Shown here one piece after another: positions 29,145-39,067 of a stretch of DNA of 64,000 nt; positions within the stretch are counted from its first letter, which is position 1, and each line of letters starts with the position of its first letter. Location: the IMG/VR virus record IMGVR_UViG_3300042389_001027, positions 32,001-96,000 of that record, one strand, 5' to 3'. A model generated the notes under the pieces. That model was not told where the DNA came from. It saw nothing but the letters and a program-made list of their open reading frames with translations, and made no database searches. Origin of the DNA: a virus. A program made the translations under genes and the position numbers.

Positions 29145-31900
29145 TGGGTATTCAACAGTTCCCTATTGGTGACACAACGATTGAAGCAAACGAACTTCTT
29201 TACGACCCAGTAAACAAGTTACGTGTTTCAACACCACAGTCGCTCATTGACACCGACTTTGAGTACGGTACACAGATTTCAAAGTGGGAAAACTTGACTC
29301 TCACAGACAACCGACCTTTCGTTTACAATGCGCAAACACCATTAACAAATATCACTGGAGTTTCCCTGCCCAACCTGTCGCGTACCGTAACCGTAACTAC
29401 TGCTACCCCGCCAGCGGTTGGTACGCCAATCACGGTTACAGACACCCATCTTCCTATCGCTAACGGAAACTTTATTGTTGAATCAGTAAGCGCTGGAATG
29501 TCATTTTCCTATACTGCTCGTGCGGAAAACACCACGACTGTTACATCGCTTTTTGATTCCAACAAAACACAGTTTTTCCAAGGGGCTTTTTATACTGGTG
29601 CAGCAATTGGTGCCGCGCCAACAGTTTCCTACTCTGGAACAAAAGTCACTGTTACAACAACCACCCCACACGGTCTATCAATCGGAAACGAAATTGCCAT
29701 AACTGGCATAACAACAAGCGGTGCGAACCCACCAAACGGTGCTCATTTTGTCGCTGGCATAATCAGCGCAACGCAATTCTTTTACTACACATTCACTGCC
29801 CCAACAGGGACGCTGACAACAACAAGTGCCGTGGTTTATGCTCGCCCACAGGGGCAGTTCCTCCATCGCCCATTTGACGGTGGCGTTATCTTCTCAAGTA
29901 ACTCCACATCCAACTATCAGTCAGCAATTCGTCAGACACGTCGTTACTTCCGATACCAGTCTGGTAAAGGAATCCAGATGAGTTCAGGAACGCTCATCAA
30001 ACCATCTCTGCAACTTGAGTCCCTAACATCAGTTGGCACGCTTGTGACTGTACAAACGAAAGAAAAGCACAACCTTCAGCCTGGTTCAACAATTGATGTG
30101 TTTGGTGCAAACGAAAGCGCATATAACGGCGTATTCACTATCTACACGGTTACTGGTTACAACACGTTTACATATCAAGCACTTAGCACACCGTCTTCGT
30201 CAACTGCTTCTGGTCTGTATTACGCCAACATTAGTCAATGGTATGGGTGCTCTAACCGTATCGGGATTTTTGACCAGCAGAACGGAATGTTCTTTGAACA
30301 TGACGGTCAGGAACTTACTGCAGTAATTCGCGCTTCTACGTATCAAATTTCAGGACGTATAAGCGTTACTAATGGCTCTCCAAGTATCACTCAAACGAAT
30401 TCTTCTTTCCCAACTCGTTTCTCCAAGCAACTTGATATTGACGACTACATCGTCATCCGTGGACAGTCATATCGCATCATTGACATTGCTAGTGATACCT
30501 CCATGACAGTCAGCCCTGCCTACCGTGGCGCTACAGCAACCATGGTTATTGCCTCCAAGACGGTTGACAGACACTACCTTCAGTCTGAGTGGAATATTGA
30601 CAAAATGGACGGCACTGGTCCATCTGGCTACAACGCCGACTTCACCAAGATGCAAATGTTTTTCATTGACTACTCATGGTATGGCGCTGGTTCTGTACGT
30701 TTTGGATTACGTGGTACGGACGGAGAAATTAAGTACTGCCACAAAGTAGTTAACAACAACGTTAACTCTGAGGCGTATATGCGGTCGGGTAACTTGCCTG
30801 CACGCTATGAGTCTTCAACGGAGCCCCCGTACACAAAATTGTCATCATCTTTAACAGACGTTGCAACAAGTATGTCGGTCGTTTCAACTTACGGTTTCCC
30901 GCCAACAGGAACACTACTGGTGGCAAACAACCTGTATGGGTACGAATATGTTAACTACACGGGGAAAACGTCTACATCATTCACTGGTTTGACGCGAGCA
31001 CAAACTGGCGTTGCATCACTGGCAACAACCGTTGCTTCTGGACAGAACGTTTTGACAGTTTCTAGTACTGCACATTTGCAGGTTGGGCAGCGCGTATATG
31101 GTATCGCCAGTCCTGACGTTCCAGAAAACACTTTTATTTCTTCAATTGATTCGGGTACACAAATCTCTTTAAGTCAAGCAGTTACTGCAACTAACCCAAC
31201 ATTATTGTTTGCACCGATGAATGATGGAACAGCAAAGTCGTATACATATTCTTCAACTAACCCAGTTGCCGTAGAACTAGCGTGGCCGACCTATGCGCCT
31301 ACTATTTCCCACTGGGGCACATCGGCAATCATGGACGGTCGTTATGATGACGATAAATCTTTGTTGTTTACGTATGGTCAAACTACAACAACATCCATTC
31401 CATCTGGGCAAACATATTGTGTTCTTGCAATCCGCGTAGCACCGTCTGTTGACAACGGAACCTCAGGTTCATTTGGTAGTCGCGAATTAGTCAACCGCAT
31501 GCAGTTGATTCTTCGTGCTTTGGATATCACGACAACTACTTCTGGAGCAAACCTACTCATTACTGCAGTCTTGAATGGCACCCCAAGCGCTGGTGCAACA
31601 TGGATAAAACCAGCAACAGTCACATCAAGCCTTGCTGAGGTTGCAGATTATGCTGGAACTGCACGAACCATCTCTGGTGGAGAAACAACTGGTGGTTTCT
31701 TCGTAGGCACTGGCGCTAACTCAGTTGACTTAACAACAGTCCGAGACCTTGGAAACTCAATTCTTGGCGGTGGAAGTACAACGACTGCTGCCGCAATCTA
31801 TCCAGACGGTCCAGACACACTTCATATCATGGTGCGCAATCTAGGTGCTTTATCAGCAAACGTGTTCGCACGTCTTTCATGGACGGAAGCACAGGCGTAA
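29144..31900 (+). CDS. large virion structural protein
   Basis: KLRVSTPQSLIDTDFEYG, RQTRRYFRYQSGKG, IDYSWYGAG motifs of large-phage structural proteins. Confidence 0.75.
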   Translation: MGIQQFPIGDTTIEANELLYDPVNKLRVSTPQSLIDTDFEYGTQISKWENLTLTDNRPFVYNAQTPLTNITGVSLPNLSRTVTVTTATPPAVGTPITVTDTHLPIANGNFIVESVSAGMSFSYTARAENTTTVTSLFDSNKTQFFQGAFYTGAAIGAAPTVSYSGTKVTVTTTTPHGLSIGNEIAITGITTSGANPPNGAHFVAGIISATQFFYYTFTAPTGTLTTTSAVVYARPQGQFLHRPFDGGVIFSSNSTSNYQSAIRQTRRYFRYQSGKGIQMSSGTLIKPSLQLESLTSVGTLVTVQTKEKHNLQPGSTIDVFGANESAYNGVFTIYTVTGYNTFTYQALSTPSSSTASGLYYANISQWYGCSNRIGIFDQQNGMFFEHDGQELTAVIRASTYQISGRISVTNGSPSITQTNSSFPTRFSKQLDIDDYIVIRGQSYRIIDIASDTSMTVSPAYRGATATMVIASKTVDRHYLQSEWNIDKMDGTGPSGYNADFTKMQMFFIDYSWYGAGSVRFGLRGTDGEIKYCHKVVNNNVNSEAYMRSGNLPARYESSTEPPYTKLSSSLTDVATSMSVVSTYGFPPTGTLLVANNLYGYEYVNYTGKTSTSFTGLTRAQTGVASLATTVASGQNVLTVSSTAHLQVGQRVYGIASPDVPENTFISSIDSGTQISLSQAVTATNPTLLFAPMNDGTAKSYTYSSTNPVAVELAWPTYAPTISHWGTSAIMDGRYDDDKSLLFTYGQTTTTSIPSGQTYCVLAIRVAPSVDNGTSGSFGSRELVNRMQLILRALDITTTTSGANLLITAVLNGTPSAGATWIKPATVTSSLAEVADYAGTARTISGGETTGGFFVGTGANSVDLTTVRDLGNSILGGGSTTTAAAIYPDGPDTLHIMVRNLGALSANVFARLSWTEAQA

Positions 31901-31902
31901 TC

Positions 31903-32157
31903 ATGGCTATTGACTTTCCCGATACCCCCGCAACAAACGACACACACACTGATTCTGGTAAGACATGGAAGTACAACGGTTATGCGTGGGTACTACAAAC
32001 AATCCCAACCGCTCTTGCTAACGGGTCTATTGCTCTAACCCAACTTGCTCAGGGCGGAGCGACCACTGGACAGGCGCTTGTGTGGAGTGGCTCCGCATGG
32101 GAACCCCACAATCTGGTGCGAGATAATCTGATTAAGTTCTACATGGAGGTCATCTAA
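31903..32157 (+). CDS. small fibre-associated protein
   Basis: MAIDFP..P....WKYNG.AW; GQALVWSGSAWEP. Confidence 0.6.
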   Translation: MAIDFPDTPATNDTHTDSGKTWKYNGYAWVLQTIPTALANGSIALTQLAQGGATTGQALVWSGSAWEPHNLVRDNLIKFYMEVI

Positions 32158-32516
32158 TGGCTGTTACACAAAAACGGCTTGGCGGTCCGAGCCAGTTGAC
32201 GGCTTCAAGCGCCGTCTACTACACGACACCAATCAATACAACGACAATCGTCAAGCAAATCATTTTGACAAACACTACATCGTCATCCAAGACGGTAACC
32301 GTCCGCCTAAAGCCACTAAATGTGGCAGAAGAAGCAACACACGACATCATTAGTGGTATGACAATTAATGCTAACGAAACCATGGCATTTAACTGTTCGC
32401 TCGTTCTCAACAATAATGGTTCTACAGCAAACGCAACAAACAGTGACCAATTGACGGCACTGTGCAGTTCAGCAACTTCCGTCAACATTACGGTTGTAGG
32501 TATTGAAGAGGCATAA
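32157..32516 (+). CDS. small beta-rich virion protein
   Basis: YYTTPINTTTIVKQIILTN..VGIEE. Confidence 0.6.
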   Translation: MAVTQKRLGGPSQLTASSAVYYTTPINTTTIVKQIILTNTTSSSKTVTVRLKPLNVAEEATHDIISGMTINANETMAFNCSLVLNNNGSTANATNSDQLTALCSSATSVNITVVGIEEA

Positions 32517-33223
32517 TGGCTGGAATGGTTCGCTACCCGGCGTTGAACGCCATGGCGTCCTTCATTGACTCTCCCGATGCTGTTTATGGTACGGGCAATG
32601 ATGGAAGCGCAACAATGGATGGTTCATCCATTGTTATTGGAGTGACCCCGTCGTCAAATGTCTACACCATGGCACGAGACGTGTATTTTTACAATCTCAC
32701 CATAAATTCTGGAGTTCGCCTAAATCCAAACGGATATCGGGTATTTGTCAAGAATCAGTTAACACTCGGGAGTAGCGCAACAATCGGTTATACGACAGGT
32801 TTTGCTTCTGCTGGCTCTATTCAGCAAGGTGCCCCAGCAAACACTTCAGTTACGCATAGTCTTGGCGGGCAATCGCAAACAGCAACACGCACAACACCAA
32901 TTGCTTCGCTCGGTGGTTCCGAATACTTTCAACAACCATTACAAGCAATAGATGGATTCTCCATTACTGCTTCTGGCGGACCGACATTTTTGCGCGGTGG
33001 TGCTGGAGGCGTAGGTCAGGCAGGCGGAGGGGTAGTAATTCTTGCTGCACGCTATATCTCTGGACCAACATCTGGAAGCGCAACAATTTCTGCCAAAGCA
33101 ACATCGCCTGCTGGTGGAGGGGTAATCCTTATTGTTTCATCTGGGGCTGCACTTCCCGCAACTGTAACAACGGACGTAACTGGGTTCGCGGCTGGCACAG
33201 TTAACTACATGCAGTTGGTCTGA
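32516..33223 (+). CDS. glycine-rich virion protein
   Basis: YGTGNDG..NLTI..NGYRVFVKN..GGGVVIL; paralogue of the next gene. Confidence 0.65.
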   Translation: MAGMVRYPALNAMASFIDSPDAVYGTGNDGSATMDGSSIVIGVTPSSNVYTMARDVYFYNLTINSGVRLNPNGYRVFVKNQLTLGSSATIGYTTGFASAGSIQQGAPANTSVTHSLGGQSQTATRTTPIASLGGSEYFQQPLQAIDGFSITASGGPTFLRGGAGGVGQAGGGVVILAARYISGPTSGSATISAKATSPAGGGVILIVSSGAALPATVTTDVTGFAAGTVNYMQLV

Positions 33224-33224
33224 G

Positions 33225-35105
33225 ATGGCTGCTGTTGAGCGATACGGAACTCCAAGTCCAGTCCAGAGGGCTGGCAATGACTCGGTATATGGTAGTGGCG
33301 CATTAGGTAATGTCACCCTAAGTGCTGGGGAAACAGTCATGTCGCAAGATATGTACTACAACAATCTCACTGTCCCATTTGGCTCGTTTCTGAACACGAA
33401 TGGGTTTCGTGTTTTTGTTAAAAATACTTTGACATTAAATGGAATTATAGGCATTGCTACTAGTTCTGGTGTTCTTGCTCTTGAACCATCTCCTGTTGCT
33501 ACTGGGACAGTTGCTGGCACTACATCAAGTAACGCTATTACATACCGCATTGGCGGAAAAAGCGGTGGTGCGACAGCGGATGGTACCAGTCTTATCCCCA
33601 CAGGAATTTTATATTCGCTGGATGTGGCTACAAAAGGTTTGTTTATTGACCCAAACGACAACCAGCCCAAACGGCTAATTGGCGGTGCTGCTGGTACAAC
33701 TGGCAGTCAGGGAACAACCTTCCCTGCGCTGACCAATACCGATACATGGTCTGGTAAAACTGCTCCGACATCATGGCCGAGCCAATCAGGGAACCCTGGT
33801 TCTGCAGGGAACCCTGGTGGCGCTGGAGGAGCAGGTGGAGCAGGGAACCTAGGTGGTCTAGGAGGGCACCCCCCACATGCTCATACTGTTGGAGTGCCTG
33901 GTGGTAGAGGGAATGCAGGCAACTCTGGAAATCCTGGTGGCGCAGGAAATCCTGGTGGCGCAGGGAACCCGGGCAACCCCGGCACTGTTGGCAACCCCGG
34001 CACGGCGACTGGTGCCAATCCGAGTGTTGGTGGCGCTGGGGGTTCGGGCGGGCAAGGTGGCGGGGTAGTCCTAGTTGTAGCAAAAACTATTACTGGAACT
34101 GGAACTATTCTTTCATTAGGTATTTCTGGAACATCGGGTAGTTCTGGGACTACTGGTACTGGAGGTACGGCAGGGAACCCTGGTTCTGCTGGCAATACTG
34201 GCACCACTGGTACTACAGGCAATTTTGGTACTCTAGGCACTACAGGTAATCCTGGCAATACGATGCCTCATCGGTCAGACAATCCCACCCACGCCCATCA
34301 CCGAGTTTCATCTGGTCATACAAATTCACAGAACGGCGGCGGAGGGGGCGGTCATGATTCGGAACCAGGCAACGGTCCGCAAGTTCACCACGCTCACCTG
34401 AGTCAAGATAGGCACGAGCAGCATCGTGGTTCGCGACTTCATTTCCATATGCCTCACGGCGGGAACACTGTAGGTCATAACCCGCCTGTCGTTACAAGCA
34501 ACAAGCCATTAACGCACGGTCCTGGAACCGTTTTTCACAATCCTGCACACATTCACCATGCAGGACATACTCACAACCCTCACCATGATGCACCCCATGG
34601 GCATAACCACCATACGCATAACGACCATGGTGGCAGTTCTCACGGTCCTCACCATTTTGGTCCTCATCACGGTGCAGCAAACGGGCAAGGCAATGGCGGG
34701 TCGCACGCCTACTACTATTGGGCTGGACACCACGGAATTCAGCATGCGGGCGGTCCTCATTACCATGCCGCTGCAGGCAAACATATTGGCTCCCCGCACA
34801 CGCATACCCACTATGCGGGGGGTGCTGGAGGTACTGGAGGTGCTGCGGGTAATGCTGGCGCTCCGGGGACTGGCGGTTTGGGGGGAAATGCTGGAGTCGC
34901 TGGACCAGGTGGACTTGCAGCACCCGCACAACCGCAGGGCGGCACAGGTAAACGCGGTGGGGCGGGTGGAGGAGGCGGTATCATTGTGGTTACCGACAAC
35001 ACATCGCTAGGAAGTGTTAATACTAGTGTCGCTGCTGGTTTGACTGCTGACTCAGATTTCAATACAGCCTCATCAGGGTTTGTATACTTAATTCAGAACA
35101 CTTAG
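33225..35105 (+). CDS. Gly-X-Y repeat (collagen/polyglycine-II-like) virion protein with His-rich insert
   Basis: Long GNP/GGA/GTT triplet runs flanking a ~190-aa His-rich segment. Confidence 0.75.
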   Translation: MAAVERYGTPSPVQRAGNDSVYGSGALGNVTLSAGETVMSQDMYYNNLTVPFGSFLNTNGFRVFVKNTLTLNGIIGIATSSGVLALEPSPVATGTVAGTTSSNAITYRIGGKSGGATADGTSLIPTGILYSLDVATKGLFIDPNDNQPKRLIGGAAGTTGSQGTTFPALTNTDTWSGKTAPTSWPSQSGNPGSAGNPGGAGGAGGAGNLGGLGGHPPHAHTVGVPGGRGNAGNSGNPGGAGNPGGAGNPGNPGTVGNPGTATGANPSVGGAGGSGGQGGGVVLVVAKTITGTGTILSLGISGTSGSSGTTGTGGTAGNPGSAGNTGTTGTTGNFGTLGTTGNPGNTMPHRSDNPTHAHHRVSSGHTNSQNGGGGGGHDSEPGNGPQVHHAHLSQDRHEQHRGSRLHFHMPHGGNTVGHNPPVVTSNKPLTHGPGTVFHNPAHIHHAGHTHNPHHDAPHGHNHHTHNDHGGSSHGPHHFGPHHGAANGQGNGGSHAYYYWAGHHGIQHAGGPHYHAAAGKHIGSPHTHTHYAGGAGGTGGAAGNAGAPGTGGLGGNAGVAGPGGLAAPAQPQGGTGKRGGAGGGGGIIVVTDNTSLGSVNTSVAAGLTADSDFNTASSGFVYLIQNT

Positions 35106-35113
35106 GAGACAAA

Positions 35114-35356
35114 ATGCCTTTATTTGATGAAATTGACAAAAAACAGCGGTTGCAGATTCTTCGCGGAACGTATAAATCTTTGGAAATTGAACTTTTTGAA
35201 GTTTTAACGCGCCTTGGAGTTGACGCTGATGAATACGCATTTGGCGAAAATCCTGAATTTGCTGAATCTGTAGATAACTGGAACAAGCGTCGCGTTATTG
35301 AGTTAGAAACAACCTTGGCTACAATTAAGGCAAAAATTGACGCATTGGAAGCATAA
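35114..35356 (+). CDS. small helical protein (possible fibre chaperone)
   Basis: AGGAG RBS; directly follows the fibre gene. Confidence 0.5.
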   Translation: MPLFDEIDKKQRLQILRGTYKSLEIELFEVLTRLGVDADEYAFGENPEFAESVDNWNKRRVIELETTLATIKAKIDALEA

Positions 35357-35359
35357 ATA

Positions 35360-35779
35360 ATGCAAAGAGTGTTTTACGTTCCTGCATCAATGACTATTAG
35401 TACTGAACTGAGCGAACAAGCAGAATCGCTCGGTCTTTCTGTGATGCATGGGGAAAGTGCTCTATCACGCTACGTTGAATTTGACCGCGATGTAGCGCAG
35501 GCTATTTCTTTGCCTTCAGAAAAAATATGTCTTTTCTTTAATGAAGTTTCAATCATGCTTCACCAAAGCATTGAAGTAACTAATGATTTTGTTGATATGC
35601 GCGACGGTGTAACTCTAGTTTTGAACGGCTCAAAAATTATTGACCCGCTGATACTAGAAAAACACTATGCACGCTATGCGATTGAATGCACTGGGTACGG
35701 TGTTCAAGTGTTTGACATATTTGATAAATCTATGCGAGTATTGGAGCACGGTGAGTACTATGTCGTTAACCCTGAGTAA
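35360..35779 (+). CDS. hypothetical protein
   Basis: ORF in a tightly packed run. Confidence 0.5.
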   Translation: MQRVFYVPASMTISTELSEQAESLGLSVMHGESALSRYVEFDRDVAQAISLPSEKICLFFNEVSIMLHQSIEVTNDFVDMRDGVTLVLNGSKIIDPLILEKHYARYAIECTGYGVQVFDIFDKSMRVLEHGEYYVVNPE

Positions 35780-36347
35780 GCCAGCCCCCTGCATTTTTGT
35801 TTATGAAAACGCTCTCAAAGATGGCGAAAAGTTTATTTCTATGCTTGAAGAGCAGACTAATGACGAGTGGTCGCCGTTGTCATGGGATTATTCAAAAACT
35901 GGAAGTGGCACTGTTAGTGAATATCGTTCATCGCGCATATGTTCACTAATAGACATTACGCAACCTTGCCCCAGTACGCCTATTTCTGATTTGTTGAACA
36001 AATCCATTCTCAAAGACATAGAAACATGTCTTACCGACTATACGACCTACCATGGGATTGCTGCGCTTGTTGGCAATGAAGGTTGGATTGTCCTGAAATA
36101 CGAAGGGCACGCTCAGTACCGTACGCACTGGGACCACGCACCAGACAACACCAGAACTCTATCAATAGTTGCATTCCCTTATTCAACAGCAGAAGTTGGT
36201 GGAGAATTGACATTCCCTCATTTTGGGACAACGATTAAACCAAAAACAGGTTCAGTGATTATATTTCCATCAAACTTCCCTTATACGCACACGGCACACC
36301 CTGTTGAAGATGGTATTAAATATTCATTGGTTACATGGTTGAGGTAG
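35760..36347 (+). CDS. 2OG-Fe(II) oxygenase (prolyl 4-hydroxylase-like)
   Basis: LKY..HWD..RTLS..GGELTF..FPSNFPYTH..KYSLVTW (HxD...H triad). Confidence 0.88.
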   Translation: MSLTLSKPAPCIFVYENALKDGEKFISMLEEQTNDEWSPLSWDYSKTGSGTVSEYRSSRICSLIDITQPCPSTPISDLLNKSILKDIETCLTDYTTYHGIAALVGNEGWIVLKYEGHAQYRTHWDHAPDNTRTLSIVAFPYSTAEVGGELTFPHFGTTIKPKTGSVIIFPSNFPYTHTAHPVEDGIKYSLVTWLR

Positions 36348-36349
36348 CG

Positions 36350-36610
36350 ATGACTGACCCAGATTTACCAACCGATAAATTCGCATGGCTTGGCACCCCG
36401 CTTCCGCCAGATGGTATTGCCGCCCCTGAGGACAATCCAGTACCAATAGTCAGAGAGATATTGCCACCCAACCAAGTAACAGGGGCGGACGAAGGTCTTG
36501 GCATATTCAGGTGGCTGATGGCAGACGAGAATGAACGCCAAGAAACATTGTCAGGGTGTAGATTGCTTGACAACTTCGTTTACATGGAAATACCAAAGGA
36601 AGACGACTGA
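36350..36610 (+). CDS. hypothetical protein
   Basis: GAGG RBS; coupled ORF. Confidence 0.5.
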   Translation: MTDPDLPTDKFAWLGTPLPPDGIAAPEDNPVPIVREILPPNQVTGADEGLGIFRWLMADENERQETLSGCRLLDNFVYMEIPKEDD

Positions 36611-36837
36611 TGGCTATAGCATTTGACTACTCTGATAGTAATAATCATATTTTGGCTTTGACAGCGCAGGTTAAAACATTAATTGATGTTGACTATGATT
36701 CCGTTGATGCCACTAACGTTGAAGCATTCAGAGTTGCCGCAAAGGCACTGAATGAACCAGTGCGTAGCAAACTTCTCCATATGCTGAACTTCATTGTTTT
36801 TAATAGCCAAGTAAATAGCGTGTATGGAGATGAATGA
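36610..36837 (+). CDS. hypothetical protein
   Basis: Coupled ORF. Confidence 0.5.
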   Translation: MAIAFDYSDSNNHILALTAQVKTLIDVDYDSVDATNVEAFRVAAKALNEPVRSKLLHMLNFIVFNSQVNSVYGDE

Positions 36838-37580
36838 TGAGCGAAATTAATATTGTTACAGTCGGCAACGCGACACATCGCGTGAGTTCATTTTCTTGCC
36901 CTCCACAGTTGCCTTCTATTGTTGAGTTTAAAGATTTCAGCCGTTCTATCTATGCTCGCTTAACGGAATCAGATAAATTTGATTTACGTACTTCTTCGCG
37001 TTCTGAAGAGTTTCTTGCTTATGGCTTAGTCGGAGCCCCTGGTGGGGAAGATATTGCTCCAGTCGTTTGGAGTTCTCATGGGCAAGCAGAAATGTATGGA
37101 CGTTTATGTGGCGCAAAGAACGTTTTTATACATAGTGTTCCGTACGCTATTTATTTTGCGGCTCACAACTATGAGAATGTTTATGTTTTAAATTGTGCAT
37201 CAACACTCATTGCAGGTTCGCACGATACGGCAAGCGATGCCGAAATCACAAACGTGACCACGCTTTCATGGGATAATGCCTATAACAACATGCCCGAACT
37301 GGATATGGCTATCGTGATGTATTCACACATCTGTGCTGATGATTCGTTATTTGATGCAATCATGAACGCGATGAAGCCAAATGGCGTAGTTGTTATCCAT
37401 AACTCAAGCAACGGTGGCGCACTCTATGAGGTACTTGGGGACAAGAAGCCTTTAGACATGGCTGCAGAAGTTTCCCTTTCCGCCTTGCTACACAAAAAAA
37501 TTCTTGAAAGGGGCGATTTTTTGACGCAACATTTTCAGGGCTGGGTCTCCCACACTGTATGCGTTAAACTGCCATCATGA
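36834..37580 (+). CDS. putative SAM-dependent methyltransferase-fold protein
   Basis: LDMAIV..AMKPNGVVVIHN resembles class I MTase motifs; glycine-rich motif I is not evident. Confidence 0.4.
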   Translation: MMSEINIVTVGNATHRVSSFSCPPQLPSIVEFKDFSRSIYARLTESDKFDLRTSSRSEEFLAYGLVGAPGGEDIAPVVWSSHGQAEMYGRLCGAKNVFIHSVPYAIYFAAHNYENVYVLNCASTLIAGSHDTASDAEITNVTTLSWDNAYNNMPELDMAIVMYSHICADDSLFDAIMNAMKPNGVVVIHNSSNGGALYEVLGDKKPLDMAAEVSLSALLHKKILERGDFLTQHFQGWVSHTVCVKLPS

Positions 37581-39067
37581 ATAAGGAACATCAACCTATC
37601 AGTTTTGGGATTGTCGGCTCTGGAACAGCAGGGCTGATTTCCGCAATCATGCTACGACAGGCTTTTCCCCTGTCTAAAGTAACCATTGTTTCTTCAAGTA
37701 CCATTGGGATAGTTGGTGTTGGGGAGGGAAGCACTGAACATTGGCGCGAATTTATGAATTTGTGCGACATCCCACTTGAGCAAATGTTGGTCAAAACTGC
37801 TGCTACACACAAATATGGAATTCGTTTTGAGGGTTGGTCTGGCGCTTTCCCTAATTATTTTCATAGCGTTTCTGGCGATGAAGCAATTTATGGGTGGGGG
37901 CACTACCCAACATATGCTGGCATTTTTGAAAATGGGGACTCATTAACAAGCCAAACCAGCAGTATTGGTTTAGTGCAGAACAAAATTAAGCGCGAAAACC
38001 TACATTCAAACACTAACCAATACCATTTTGACACTTTCAAACTCAATAACTATTTTACTGAATTATGTTTCAGGCGCTCTGTAAAAATGATTGATGGGCA
38101 AGTCGCAGACATCACGCGAAATACTGAAACAGGAAATATCTCCAGCGTAATTCTTGATACTGGAAGTTCAGTAGAAGCAGATTTTTGGATTGACGCTAGT
38201 GGCTTCGCTCGTGTATTGATGAAAAAACTGGATGCTTCCAACTGGAACTCATTCTCCGACTATCTTCTTGTTGACTCAGCGATAGCCGCACCATCAGAAT
38301 CATGGGCAGAAGGAATACGTCCATACACAAGGGCTATTGCCAAAGATTCTGGCTGGATTTGGGAAATCCCAACACAAGAGCGGCGCGGTAACGGGTATGT
38401 GTACTCATCACAGTTTGTTTCCGATGATGAGGCTATTGCAACATTAGAGAAGCAAATCGGACCACTGTCTGTTTCGCCAAGAAGTTTCAAATTTGATGCA
38501 GGTCATGTCAAAGAGGTTTGGGTTAAAAATTGCATGGCTATCGGTTTGGCTGCTGCTTTTGTTGAGCCATTGGAAGCGACTTCAATCGGCAGCACTATTC
38601 AGCAGATGAAATATGCTATTCCGTATTTTGCATCTTTTGAACAAACCCACACAGCATCACAGAAGCATTACAACAAGTTATTCACAAGAATGATGGACAA
38701 TATCTTAACAATGATTCGTCTCCACTACATCTCGGATAGACGGGATACGCCATTCTGGGTTGCTTGTTCGGAAATGAAAATTAACGATTCACTTCAGGAA
38801 CTTCTTGACCTTTGGCAGGAAAGAGTTCCATGCCGAAATGACGTCGGGGGCATCAATGGGGAAATGTTCCATGCGCCTCATCTGTTTCACGTGGCTCAAG
38901 GGCAAGGCGTACTGAATGCAAAGTCCGCAACGTTGATGATTGACAATTTTAATCTTCGCAAGCAGGTTGAGTTAGATATCTCCAACCGTCGTCATGCTCG
39001 TTTCAATCATGAGTTGGTTGACCATCGTGAGTCACTAAATATGCAATTTGAGGATGAAATACTTTGA
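37577..39067 (+). CDS. flavin-dependent (tryptophan halogenase family) halogenase
   Basis: GSGTAG FAD motif, GVGEGS, ATHKYGIRF (catalytic Lys position), GWIWEIP (WxWxIP), FVEPLEATSIG. Confidence 0.92.
   Translation: MNKEHQPISFGIVGSGTAGLISAIMLRQAFPLSKVTIVSSSTIGIVGVGEGSTEHWREFMNLCDIPLEQMLVKTAATHKYGIRFEGWSGAFPNYFHSVSGDEAIYGWGHYPTYAGIFENGDSLTSQTSSIGLVQNKIKRENLHSNTNQYHFDTFKLNNYFTELCFRRSVKMIDGQVADITRNTETGNISSVILDTGSSVEADFWIDASGFARVLMKKLDASNWNSFSDYLLVDSAIAAPSESWAEGIRPYTRAIAKDSGWIWEIPTQERRGNGYVYSSQFVSDDEAIATLEKQIGPLSVSPRSFKFDAGHVKEVWVKNCMAIGLAAAFVEPLEATSIGSTIQQMKYAIPYFASFEQTHTASQKHYNKLFTRMMDNILTMIRLHYISDRRDTPFWVACSEMKINDSLQELLDLWQERVPCRNDVGGINGEMFHAPHLFHVAQGQGVLNAKSATLMIDNFNLRKQVELDISNRRHARFNHELVDHRESLNMQFEDEIL

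Noticed and set aside
33225-35105. Diversity-generating retroelement target or eukaryotic collagen contamination
   Set aside because: No reverse transcriptase or template/variable repeat pair seen; the gene is paralogous to and coupled with neighbouring phage genes
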